Positions 10,021 to 22,002 of a DNA stretch of 33,207 bases are shown here, in pieces (the stretch's first letter is position 1; every line of letters starts with the position of its first letter). Both the position numbers and the translations under genes were made by a program. The DNA lies in contig NW_021832098.1 of NCBI RefSeq assembly GCF_006345805.1, forward strand, positions 1 to 33,207, in the 5' to 3' direction. Below the pieces are notes generated by a model. It had not been told where the DNA came from. It made no database searches and worked only from the letters and a program-made list of their open reading frames with translations. Source of the stretch: Octopus sinensis. Taxonomy: Eukaryota.

Positions 10021-10771
10021 CTTTTAACAGCGTTATTGTTATGCTTTCATTCCATTTCTTGATACCAGAGTCTTGCTATCTGAAGAGGAAACAGATTACA
10101 GACACCACTAGCCCGCCCCTTCCTTAACCTTATATTTTCATATACAAACATAAAGAAACTTTCTTGCTCCTTTACTGTTCCCACGCATATTATATATATA
10201 TATATACTAAAGGGAGAGCAGGTATAGAGAAGGGGACGCTTAAGATATGGGAGAAGTTGGTCAGAATATTCAGACCAGTCTCAAAGATAATTCCTTCTTC
10301 TCAGAGGTTCCAATGACTCACTGAACATTTTTTCACTTCGCCATATCTTGTAAGAAAATGAATAAATAGTTAAATAAATAAGTAAAAAATAAAATAATTT
10401 CTGTATAAATTTATTTTCGCTTCCAGAAAATTATTTAGTTATGGTGAAGTGAAGTTATCTTTTCTCTCTTTCATTCTATCATCATCATCGTCGTCGTCGT
10501 CGTCGTCGTCGTCATCATCATCATCATCATCTCTTTCTGTCGTTGGTTAATATGTTAATGCACGACAAAACTAGTTCGTTCCGTGGATATATTCCAGGGT
10601 TTAATTGAAAATTAGCATATTAAGTACTTTATAAGTTATACACAATATATACATATACAAATTTGTGTGTGTGTGTGTGTGTGTGTGTGTACGCGTGTAT
10701 GCATGTATGTAGTGGGCTTTTTCAAAAATAATCATTAGTGACAGAAGCAGTAAGAATACATTTTACCTTTT

Positions 10772-10807
<36 letters not shown>

Positions 10808-10808
<1 letters not shown>

Positions 10809-10990
10809 TTACTCTTTTACATGTTTCAGTCATATGACTGTGGCCATGCTCGAGCACCGCCTTTAGTCGAGCAAATCGACCCCAGGACTTATTCTTTGTA
10901 AGCCTAGTACTTATTCTATCTGCCTCTTTTGCCGAACCGCTATGTTACGGGGACGTAAACACACCAGCAATGTTGGGGGGGGGGCAAACA
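10808..10990 (-). mobile_element. SINE family A, 3' half
   Basis: TTTCAGTCATATGACTGTGGCCATGCTCGAGCACCGCCTTTAGTCGAGCAAATCGACCCCAGGACTTATTC...TTACGGGGACGTAAACACACCAGCA, nearly identical to 175-287. Confidence 0.9.
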
Positions 10991-11004
10991 TCGGATTAAG
11001 ATAA

Positions 11005-11162
11005 AACGGATTGAGTCGATTAGATCGACCCCAGTGGTACTTAATTTATTGACCCCGAAAGGATGAAAGGAAAAGTCGACCTCGGCGGAATCTGAACTCA
11101 CAACGTAACGGCAGACGAAATACGGCAAAGCATTTCGCCCGGTGTGCTAACGACTCTGCCAG
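11005..11162 (-). mobile_element. SINE family E (Deu/Nin-like core)
   Basis: GTCGATTAGATCGACCCCAGTGGTACTTAATTTATTGACCCCGAAAGGATGAAAGGAAAAGTCGACCTCGGCGGAAT...CTAACGACTCTGCCAG. Confidence 0.85.
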
Positions 11163-11437
11163 ATAAATTTTTAACCATCGCCAGTCATAGGTAAATACTT
11201 TGCTTTATGTATGTGTGTAAAGCCATACATGTTGCATACTTAATATATACACACTGTCGATAGCCCAGTTACCGTAATATTTATACTGAAACAATATCTT
11301 TATCGGACTTGATGTGTTGAAACAATAAATATCAGATGAAAATTCGCCCTTAAAGCAGCCAGTAAGAGCGCCAGATGCATTTCGGCCTTTTGTCCTGTCT
11401 CAGCTGTTTTTGCGTGTGCATGTTCATTCTGATGAGC

Positions 11438-11552
<115 letters not shown>

Positions 11553-11764
11553 CAGCAGAAAGTGTTTGTAGGGGATTATATCGGTGATTGTTTATGCGAA
11601 GTAGAGAATCAAGATTTTGTTGATGTGAAAATTTGAGTGAAAATAGAAGGAAGAAATACATGCGCTCACACACACACACACACACACACACACGGATGTG
11701 TGACTCTATATATTTCATGTATGTACGTGTATAAATGTATGTATGTATATATGTATGTAGTTGC

Positions 11765-11818
<54 letters not shown>

Positions 11819-12071
11819 TGTGTACATAGTGTGCGCGGAAGCACGAGTGTATATATGCGTATATTCTTGCGCGTGTGTGTGTGTATGTGTGTGTGCGCGT
11901 GCGTGTTTCGTATCATAACCAAAAGTAAATAAGATTTTATAATGTTACGTCTAGTAGAGATTACATCTTTCCCCCACCCCACAATGATAAACTGTTTGTC
12001 TTCTTGATCCCTCATTTTTGAGTGTATCTATGTGTTTGTGTAAACGTATATATATATATATATTCTTTTAT

Positions 12072-12267
12072 TTGATTCAGTCATTTGACTGCATCTATCG
12101 GTCTCTTTTGCTTTGTAAGCCTAGTAATTAGTCTATCGGACTCTTTTGCCGAACCGCTAATTACGGGAACGGAAAAACACCAACATCGGTTGTCAAGCGA
12201 TGGACAAACATGGGCGCCCACGCACGCACACACACACACACACATACACACACACACACACACACAC

Positions 12268-12327
<60 letters not shown>

Positions 12328-12496
12328 CATATACGACGGGCTTCTTTCAGTTTCTGTCTTCCAAATCCACTCACAAGGCTTTGGTCGGCCTGAAGCTATA
12401 GCAGAAGACGCCCAAGGTGCCACCCAGTGGGACATAATCCGAAACCATGTGATTGGTAAGCAAGCTACTCACTACACAGCCACTCCTGCGCTTATA
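12072..12496 (-). mobile_element. SINE family A, full-length with (CA)n(TA)n spacer
   Basis: 3' half at 12072-12208, spacer at ~12220-12332, 5' half at 12333-12496 ending CACAGCCACTCCTGCGCTTATA. Confidence 0.9.
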
Positions 12497-12540
<44 letters not shown>

Positions 12541-12802
12541 TGTGTGTGTGTGTGTGGTGTGTAATATATATACAGCAGAAAGTTAGAAAAGTGACTTAAG
12601 AGTCGAATATTTTATCCATGACATTTGTCTAAGTTTGACAAGTGTCATACCCAAGAACACTCGGGCCTTCAGTCGCTCTTGCAGCTTTCAGATGATAAAA
12701 AATTATACATATTTTATATACTCATGTGCTGTGTTGTACTTATCCTGTTCATTCTACCAAACCTACATATGTATATACACACGTACATAGATGCATAAAA
12801 AT

Positions 12803-13006
<204 letters not shown>

Positions 13007-13561
13007 CGAGAGAGGGAGACGCACGTATACATTTAGACGCACCTATGAGAGTTAATAAGAGTTATGTATATGTGTACTGTATATGTACGAGTGTTTCTCT
13101 GCCATTCCTTTGTATCTCTATATATCTCCGTATACATGCATGTAGTTTTATGTGTATACATGTATACATCCATTAACATTCCGACCCTTAATCTATAAAA
13201 TAGCAGCCTTGCCTTCAGACCATACGTAGCCCTTCATAGATGACTTTCTTTTCCACTTTTTCTCTTTCTATTTTCTTTTCTTTTCATTTATATTTTTTCT
13301 ATTTTCCCCGCCTATGTTTCAATGTTAACCACAGTAACACAACACCACACACTCTTTTGTCAACAGCTAGTGTGTTTTAATAAGGATTTCGCAGAACTGT
13401 TAATGTGTCAGGCCAAATATTTTGCGGTGTTTAGTTACGACCGTTCCCACTGGAATTCGCAAAGCCAAGGTCAATTTTATTTTTTCATCCGTAAAGGCAG
13501 TGACGGCAATATCAGCACAAGAGTTATTGGTGCCCTTTATAAGTATATTTAAAATATTTTT

Positions 13562-13735
13562 ATAGGCGTAGGAGTGGCTGTGTGGTAAGTAGCTTGCTTA
13601 CCAACCACATGGTTCCGGATTCAATCCCACTGCATGGCACCTTGGGCAAGTGTCTTCTACTATAGCCTCGGGTCGACCAAAGCCTTGTGAGTGGATTTGG
13701 TAGACGGAAACTGAAAGAAGCCTGTCGTATATATG

Positions 13736-13782
<47 letters not shown>

Positions 13783-13784
13783 CT

Positions 13785-13820
<36 letters not shown>

Positions 13821-13990
13821 TTGTGCTTTTGTTTGCCCCCAACATCGCTTGACAACCAATGGTGGTGTGTTTACGTCCCCGTAACTTAGCGGATCGACTT
13901 CCAATGAATAAGTCCTGGGGTTGATTTGCTCGACTAAAGGCAGTGCTCCAACATGGTCACAGTTAAATGACTGAAACAAGTAAAAGAGCA
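13562..13990 (+). mobile_element. SINE family A, full-length (internal deletion in the 3' half)
   Basis: TAGGCGTAGGAGTGGCTGTGTGGTAAG head, CACCTTGGGCAAGTG core, (TA)n(TG)n spacer at ~13728-13820, and a 3' half lacking the GGCAAAAGAGACCGATAG...CTTACAAA segment present in other copies; ends TGACTGAAACAAGTAAAAGAG. Confidence 0.92.
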
Positions 13991-14249
13991 AATAAAGAAC
14001 TGCGTATGTTGGAATGAAATGCACAATTCTCTGCTTTGCTGTGGACCCTTAACTCTTTGGTGGTGTCGTAGATGCACCGTTGTGAATTTACGAGGTGTTT
14101 AGGACACTTTTCATTTTTAAGACTTTGTGGAGTTTATCTTTCTTCAGGCTCGAACTCAGTCGAGTTCTTCATTCAGAAGGAGGGAAAAACACAGACAGAA
14201 AGAAAGAGTCAGAGAAACGACTCTAGTACAGAAGAGAAAAAAGCTTGTT

Positions 14250-14345
14250 TGACCTCGGCAGGATTTGAACTCACAGCGCAGAGAAGTGGAATGATTACCA
14301 TGAAGCAGTCTATCCAACTCTCTTAGGAGTCTGCTAGCTGGCCGA
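14250..14345 (-). mobile_element. SINE family E, degenerate head fragment
   Basis: TTGACCTCGGCAGGATTTGAACTCACAGCG...GTCTGCTAGCTGGCCG matches the family E head weakly. Confidence 0.45.
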
Positions 14346-14364
14346 CTCGTAGATTTGTTAATGG

Positions 14365-14698
<334 letters not shown>

Positions 14699-15423
14699 GA
14701 AGGAATCCGTATCTTCAACACCGAAAATGATCACAAACTACTTTTTGTTACAAACACTGAGAGATGAATGTGGGGGTGGGGGCGAAGTAGTCGGAAGACC
14801 TAATCTTGTTCTGCAGATGTAGGGAAATTTTTTCAATGAATTAAAGAAAAAAACCAAAAAGCAAACCTCATAATAAAACAAGTAAGGCTATATTAAATAG
14901 TCTACAAGATAAAATCCGCGATTTATAAAAACTTCCCTGCTTCCGGAGAGGATAGACCAATCGCTTTTTGAATGGCCAACACCTTTGCATTTTAGTTTGC
15001 GTCGGTCCACTTCAGTAATGGCCCATGCTTTATCGTTACCGCTCGCAGACTGTTGTCCGTGACATTCCTTAACATCAAAGCAATCGTCTTCTCTTCAAAT
15101 GTTTGTAAAACCAATATTATGTTTCACTTTGATTGGCGATCCTCCTCCACCTAGCTTAACGCTAGGTTGATATGACAATTTCGGTTGTTTTCCATGCTAT
15201 CTTAAACTCGTTAAATAACACTGTGTAAAAAATTTTATTTATTTATTTTGTATTTGGTTAGTAAGTATTATTTCTTAAATGCTTCTATGTAGAAATCAAA
15301 GGAAATTACTATTATTTCCTTCAAAATTTGTTTTTGTGGCCTGAACCTCAATGTTTTGAAATGTAATTTTCCATTGCATTTCAGACAGATTCAAAGTTGA
15401 GTTGCTGAAGCAGAAATATCGTT

Positions 15424-15572
15424 ATAGCAAATATTCTGCTCAATACTACAGATTTGCTTGTCATTTGCTTGACGTTAACCATTTGAGCATGCCCCTTAAT
15501 GGCTGATGACGAACAGGAGTAGCGGGGAAGCATCATAGCCATGTGTTGAAAGGAATTCTTTGGGGTTTGATT
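15424..15572 (+). mobile_element. internal fragment of the 7684-8250 element
   Basis: GCAAATATTCTGCTCAATAC.ACA.ATTTGCTTGTCA.TTG.TTGAC.TTAACCA.TTGAGCATG.CCC...CATCA.AGCCATGTG..GA.AGGAATTCTTTG is the reverse complement of ~7982-8145. Confidence 0.75.
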
Positions 15573-15832
15573 AAATGTAACAAAAGCAAAGTTGGAAGGA
15601 AATATTAGCCATTTTTCTTACTTTCTAGAGGTAAGTAAATAGGAAATAACAGTTGCTACCCAAGGACAAAAATCGTGTTACACAGTGTAATATCATTTGA
15701 GTGCATTATATCCTCCATCCTTAATTTCACATACTAAAATAAACAAAAACAAAAATTATACATGGGTAAAACTTAGCATTAAATCAAGAGAATGAAATTT
15801 GCGTTCTTTGGTAGTAAATGGTATATAACATT

Positions 15833-16133
15833 GTTGTTGTTTGTTCCTTCTCAAGCCACGCCTGGCTCATAAGGGCTGGTTTCCCGGGTTCCTTGGCGTA
15901 TATGTTCCCCACCTGAACGGGACACCGGTCCGTCGCTGATGAGCTGCAGGAGGAAAGAGTGAGAGAAAGTTATGGCGAAAGTGTCAGCAGAAGTTCGCCA
16001 TTACCTTCTGCCGGAACTGCGTGGAGCTTAGATGTTTCGCTCATAAGCACACACATCGCCCGGTCTGAGATTCGAACCCGCGATCCCTCGACCGCGAGTC
16101 CGCTGCTCTAACCACTAGGCCATGTGCCTCCAC
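15833..16133 (-). mobile_element. tRNA-derived SINE family C, full-length solo copy with 13-bp TSD
   Basis: Minus strand: GTGGAGGCACATGGCCTAGTGG (A-box) ... GGGTTCGAATCTC (B-box) ... tail ending in (AAC)n. TSD GGTATATAACATT (15820-15832) / GGTATATTACATT (16134-16146), one mismatch. Confidence 0.92.
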
Positions 16134-16240
16134 GGTATATTACATTAGCATAGTTAAATAAACGTTTATTCTAAAATAAGCATCAAATTTAAAATAAAAA
16201 CTTCAATGAATTTTGTAATAACGTATATGTATACACACAC

Positions 16241-16252
16241 GTGTATGTGTGT

Positions 16253-16325
<73 letters not shown>
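16241..16325. repeat. (TA)n microsatellite
   Basis: Direct inspection. Confidence 0.97.
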
Positions 16326-16327
<2 letters not shown>

Positions 16328-17100
16328 GTGTGATCGAGGTTAGCCCAGTGAAAGTAAATACGTATAGTTATATACATAAATACACATTCCTTTATGTGTG
16401 TGCATATACATATTTTGCTCCACCAAACAGTACATATTTCTGTTATTCTAGGTTAATAGGTTCAAATATCGCTTGATCCGAACATTGCCTTTCATCCGGC
16501 CGGGTACGATAAGATATCTTACGCCTTACAGAGGAGCTTTTATACTAAGAGAAAATATTTCCGCGTAAGATATCGGATACGTTATATGCGTGTATATATA
16601 TATTTGAGTGTTTATGTGTGTGGGTATATATGTATATGCATGTATGTATGTATGTATGTATGTATGTATGTATGTATGTATGTATGTATGTGTGCATGCG
16701 TATACCATGTTTACAACTGGATATACTGTTAAACAACATCATAAATATCCATTTCCAGTTGTGGGATGACCTCTTCAACGTGTGTGTAACATTGTAATCA
16801 TTTATACGCGCATAAACACATATACACTCATACATACACGCCCCAAAACTCAAACACGAACGCATACACACATGCACTTACATTTGTACGTATGTATGCA
16901 TGCACACGTATACACACACGCACACATATATGTATATATTTGTGTGTATGTGTAAATGTAGAACGATGAAATGAGTGCTCAACACCGCATTGGTGCATAT
17001 ATAATTTCTTTATTTGTGAATATCAACGGGTGTATGTACGTATATTTGTGTATATATACGTATCTATAAATAAATGTTTAGGGATGTATGTATGTTTCAG

Positions 17101-17310
17101 CATCGTCGTCATCGTCGTCATTTAACGTCCGGTTTTCAAACTGGCACGGGTTGGACGGTTTGACGGAAGCTGACAACGCAAAAGACTACACAAAGCTCTA
17201 ACGTCTGCCTTAGCATGATTTCTACAGATGGATACCCTTCCTAACGACAATCACTTTACAAAGTGTAGTAGGTGCTTTTTATGCCGTACCAGCACCAGTA
17301 CCAGAAAGGT
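17101..17310 (-). mobile_element. SINE/LINE 3' fragment with RTE-like tail, diverged
   Basis: (CAT/CGT)n tail followed by TTTAACGTCCGGTTTTC...GGGTTGGACGG...GGATACCCTTCCTAACGACAATCAC...GGTGCTTTTTATG. The GGATGCCCTTCCT..CGCCAACC-type motif is characteristic of RTE-related tails (from recall). Confidence 0.55.
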
Positions 17311-17511
17311 CAATGGCAACAACATATGCCTGTGAAATGCAGCTTAGCGAAAGAAAGTATTCAGTTTGCTTAAATAAATTGTAATATTACAAATTCAAAA
17401 CTGAGAGTGTGTAGGTCATTACTCGATGTTTGCCTTTTCCGATACTCGGTTACCTGGGGAAGAAATGCTAATTAGCAATTGACGCAATCCGTTTTCATTA
17501 TACATATTTGT

Positions 17512-17650
17512 GTGTGAATGTATGTATGTATGTATGTATGTATGCATGTATGTATGTATGTATGTATGTATGTATGTATGTATGTATGTATGTATGTATG
17601 TATGTATGTATGTATGTATGTATGTATGTATGTATGTATGTATGTATGTG
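17512..17650. repeat. (TATG)n microsatellite
   Basis: Direct inspection. Confidence 0.97.
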
Positions 17651-17761
17651 TGTTTATGTATAGAATATGTAGCTAGATAAACACACGCGCACACACATAC
17701 AGACGTACACACAAATACATATATATTGTATATACACACAAACGTGTGTATGTGGTTATGA

Positions 17762-17827
<66 letters not shown>

Positions 17828-18477
17828 TGTGCTTAAGATCTGTTCAAATATGTTTGAGAGTTATTTAAACGTGTAAAGGCTTTTCACTGCAGTTTCTCAT
17901 GGAGAATGAATACAAAACGCTGTTGCACACATCAGAGTGCTCTCTGTTGGACTGATAGGTGCATTTCGAACTCGTTAATTCTCTTCAGTAGCAGATACCA
18001 AGAGAGGAAACCGTGAACTGATTTTGAAGTTTATGGAGTCTTAGAGTCATCTAATTTTAAGTTTATCTAGTTTTCAGTTTGTATCTTTTTTTATATATAC
18101 ACCATTCCAATAGTATGAAGTCCATTATAAGCCTTATCATTAATATGGAGTCTATATATACGCTAAGTCAATAGTATAGAGTCTATAAGGCTATATATAC
18201 ATGATTACACACGCACACGCACTTGCATTCGTAATATTATATATATATGTATATATATATATATGTATGTATATATATATATATGTGTATGTATATATAT
18301 ATGAATATATGTATATGTATATATATATACAAAAAGCAATAAAGATTCAAGTTAATTTAAATGAATTTTACTTGAATATGGTACCAACTTAGATGCACCA
18401 AAAAAACTATACTGTTTTAACAATACAGTAATGGGGGTGATTATAAGCGAGAAAGAAGCAACAAGAATGGATAGGTT

Positions 18478-18566
18478 TTTAGTACAATCGTTTCATACAA
18501 GGACAGGCTTTATTTAAAAGTTGCAAAAATTACAGCATATAAACGTGTCCGTACTCATCAGCTAAA
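18478..18566 (-). ncRNA. minimal type I hammerhead ribozyme motif (left arm)
   Basis: Minus strand: UUUAG-CUGAUGA-GUACGGAC...GUCCUUGUAU-GAAA-CGAUU-GUA/CUAAA. Confidence 0.7.
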
Positions 18567-19184
18567 ATACATGTGAGTTCTCTAGACATCCTAGTGGTTG
18601 AGGCTATACTCATGAAGTAATGTAGATAATTAAGTAACATAAACAGATTTCCAAGTTCATTAGCTTCTTTAAAGATGATGTGTACAGTCTTTTCCTTATA
18701 TCTATCTGCATCAGTTTTTTGAGAACAGGGAAATGAATAGTATTATACGTGCTTATTGAGGCTTATTTAATTTCAAACTCATAATTTTAAATCTTAATTT
18801 TAAATCTTAATTGTAATTTTTAATTTTAATTCTTAACTTAATCTAATTTAAGTAGCATAACTTTAATAAAATAAAATGAGTTACTAAAGCCCCATAATTC
18901 TATTTCAAAATTAAATAAATAAGGTACTCCCTCGGTGATAATATGATTATCTTCATTATGATAGACAATTCCCTAACACTTGTAAATGATCTTCTAAGAT
19001 TTGACCTGTAGTCCGTCAATGTATGAATAATAACGGCAACTCCTAAGACAATAAAATGAATAAATTAATAAATAAATTTAATGACTTTTAAGACTCAAAG
19101 AATAATATTCTCCTCTAGTTCCTAGATGCCTGTAAATTAAACCAGACTTGCCGTCTACTAATTCTTCTGTATAACTAGAACCCT

Positions 19185-19350
19185 CTTTTTTTTTTCTTTT
19201 TTTTCCCTCTTTCCCTATTTCTTCTCTTTTCTCTTTTTTTTTTCTTCTTATTCTTCTTTTTCCTTTTCTCTTCTCTTTAGTTCCCCCCCCCCTTTTTGCT
19301 CCCTCCTCCTTTATTTTCCTCTTTTTTCTCTTCCCTTCCCTTTTCTGTTC
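19185..19350 (+). repeat. pyrimidine-only (T/C) tract, ~165 nt
   Basis: Direct inspection. Confidence 0.9.
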
Positions 19351-19877
19351 TTTGCCTCTCTAGAAAGCCCTTCAACCTTTAAAAGTTAAATAGCTACAGC
19401 CTCTTGTAAAGACAGTAATGTGATTAATGTACAAATACCTAATCATATACAAGAATTGATACCTACCTCATTGTGTTCAACCATTGATAAATTTATCGCC
19501 TGTGAATATGAAATTCCTCTTCATTTCTCTGGAAATTTACATCTACACCATTGGAAAGTGCATCTATACAAAGGATTAATTCACCCTCTCTGTAATGCTA
19601 ATAAGCAGGAATTGAGACCCACGTCGTTGTGATTAACAATGGAAAATTTGTCGTCTGTGAGTATGTAATCCCTCCTCATACTCTGGAAATTCATATGTGC
19701 ACTATGGATTAGGTCACCTTCTCTGTGATGCTATTAAACTTTTTAAAATTGTGATAAGACTGTACATCATCTTTAAAGAACTTTAATGAACTTTGGAAAT
19801 CTGTTATGTTACTTAATTATTACATTACATCATGAGTATAGCCTCAACCACTAGGATGTCTAGAGAACTCACATGTA

Positions 19878-19965
19878 TTTAGCTGATGAGTACGGGACAC
19901 GTTTATATGCTGTAATTTTTGCAACTTTTAATAAAGCCTGTCTTGTATGAAACGATTGTACTAAA
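19878..19965 (+). ncRNA. minimal type I hammerhead ribozyme motif (right arm)
   Basis: Stem I UUUAG (19878-82) / CUAAA (19961-65); core CUGAUGA (19883-89); stem II GUACGGGAC (19890-98) / GUCUUGUAU (19940-48); GAAA (19949-52); stem III AC-GAUU-GU; predicted cleavage after GUA at 19960. Confidence 0.75.
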
Positions 19966-20759
19966 AAACTATCCATTCTTGTTGCTTCTTTCTCGCTTAG
20001 TATATATATATATATATACATATGAATTTATATAAATATACATATATATAATATTCATATATATATATATATATATATGTGTGTATGTGTGTGTGTGTGT
20101 GTGTAAGTATTGATTTTGATTTTTCCAGTTTCAGCTAATGAGCTGTGGCCATGCTGGGGCACCGAGTATGTGAAAGAGTACTTGCCATTTCTCAAAATAT
20201 GTTTAAAGCATAATCTTTTAAATATACCCAACGGCGTGCATTTAGATTTTCCTAGAATTCTCATTTCTTGGGCAACGATTAATTCTTCGATAATATGAAC
20301 AGTCAAAAATTTCAGTATGCTTTGAGAATCTATCTGCTTCATTAGTTTTCAGAAGTACCAAATTATTAGTGCTTAAGCGTGATAAGTCGCTGCATAAGCA
20401 TTCTGACAATATGAACATCATAATTTTCAAGGGATAACAACTTGGGTAGCTTATCTCATTTTTTTTAGCTGAAATTTTAAGTTTGTGTTACAATATAGTC
20501 TTAAGATTTAGTAGATAAATTTCAGTATCTGAGCTCCAATAATTACCAGAAGTTACGCTGTATGCTTTTATTCTTCCGTTTGCCCTATTTTTTATTGTGT
20601 CTGTTGCTTATTCATTGTATTTTAGACTCCAAATATATTTCGACAATGGAGTGAAATTGCTTTTCCTCATTCATCAACACGACCCTCCATGTTTGTTTTC
20701 GTTGTTCCCGACTTTGCCCCTCCATAAATCCGAAATTATATTTTGGTATTTATGGGAGC

Positions 20760-20955
20760 AACTGTCTTCGAAGACTCTCATTGTCGTTGAATGCTCGAAA
20801 TGAGGAGTAGATAGACAGCCGACAATTGATGAAGGTTCGTTCTCCGTGTTACTTGTCCTGCTTTCCATTTTTCTCTCGTTGTTTGCGTATTTAAGACGGT
20901 TGTTTTCGTACTTCATGTTGTTTACACAGTTGGTGACGTCCTGTACCCATTTATG
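20760..20955 (+). mobile_element. fragment of a dispersed repeat ending GACGTCCTGTACCCAT next to (TA)n (Penelope-like LTR remnant?)
   Basis: The 16-nt terminus at 20935-20950 is identical to 27520-27535, and both are followed by TA/TATG microsatellite. Confidence 0.4.
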
Positions 20956-21003
20956 CGCGTATGTATATGTATATATATATATATATAATATATTATATAG
21001 ATA

Positions 21004-21039
<36 letters not shown>

Positions 21040-21203
21040 ATTGAACGCCATGCATCCATTTCCAAGTAAGTTTATATGTATATACATACGTATGTATATA
21101 CATACGTATGTATATCATATTATGTATGTATGTATGTATGTATGTATGTATGTGTATGTATTTATATATGCATGTGTGTATATATATTCATATTCATATT
21201 TTA

Positions 21204-21248
<45 letters not shown>

Positions 21249-21898
21249 GTATATGTGTGATTGTCCCGTACACGTACACACACAAACACACACACACACA
21301 CATAAATATATAAAACCTTTTCTCATGCCATTTAACCGTTACACTAATACATTATATATAAGAACTTGTTCCTCCTTTGCGATCATTATTTTTTTAGTTC
21401 TTGTTGTATCGCAATAGACACAATAAAAAATAGGGCAAACGGAAGAATAAAAGCATACCTGTGTGTGTGTATGTGTGTGTGTGTGTGTGTATGTGTGTGT
21501 GTGTGTGCGTTTGTGTGTGTGTATCTCTGTATTCAACCCCACCTACTCACTTTACGTCGGCATTATATATTACTTCTTTTGACGCATTTCCTAGTCTATA
21601 TATTTCGAGAGTGACATGCACGTTGCGTGCTCTTTGTAGAATGTTGGGTGTGTTTAAAGATTTATTATCTTATATATCTCCCGAACTACTACCAGGTGGA
21701 ATAGCTATCATCAAAAGTACTCCGGCAAAGATACGGCGCATCGCTATCCAATACGCCCTTCTTTTATATTATAAGTTGTAAAATGTATCATTCAAGGGAA
21801 CTTTGACAGCTATTTCTAACCTGTCAAGCACACTTATGATTAAAAGCTCGTCAGTAGTGATCATTTTTTTTTCTTTTACATTTTTTGATTTTTTACAG

Positions 21899-21945
21899 AT
21901 GCGGATCATTAATGTCCAATGCGTTGTCATTTTATATTTTGAACG
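21899..21945 (+). other. candidate short exon (unassigned)
   Basis: Very strong acceptor (~35-nt polypyrimidine tract plus TACAG at 21894-98). Two open frames (MRIINVQCVVILYFE or CGSLMSNALSFYILN). Donor GTAGGG at 21946. Confidence 0.2.
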
Positions 21946-22002
21946 GTAGGGTATTATTTGAGAGAGATTTCTAATAATAATAATGATAATAATGCCTTCA
22001 AA

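Larger units (their letters stand above)
18335..19999. mobile_element. Penelope-like-element-type non-autonomous insertion with inverted ~245-bp terminal arms, flanked by (TA)n
   Basis: 18444-18691 is the near-perfect reverse complement of 19756-19999, and each arm has a hammerhead motif. (TA)n tracts lie at 18236-18330 and 20001-20080. No RT or GIY-YIG ORF is recognisable. Confidence 0.6.

Noticed and set aside
10322-10346. 25-nt minus-strand micro-exon candidate (YGEVKKCS) with GTGAGT donor
   Set aside because: The acceptor is the weak AAG type and the peptide is too short to assign.
12605-12680. Hairpin GCCCGAG-UGUU-CUUGGGU preceded by CUGAAG on the minus strand
   Set aside because: No GAAA follows the hairpin and stem I does not pair, so it does not meet the hammerhead consensus.
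13322-13552. 76-aa non-repetitive ORF; also open antisense frames here and at 5600-5800, 20110-20430 and 21640-21780
   Set aside because: No recognisable motif and no consistent splice-site pair; short open frames of this size are expected by chance.
14800-15300. Possible DNA-transposon ORF remnant
   Set aside because: All frames are interrupted by stops, with no recognisable transposase motif or TIR.
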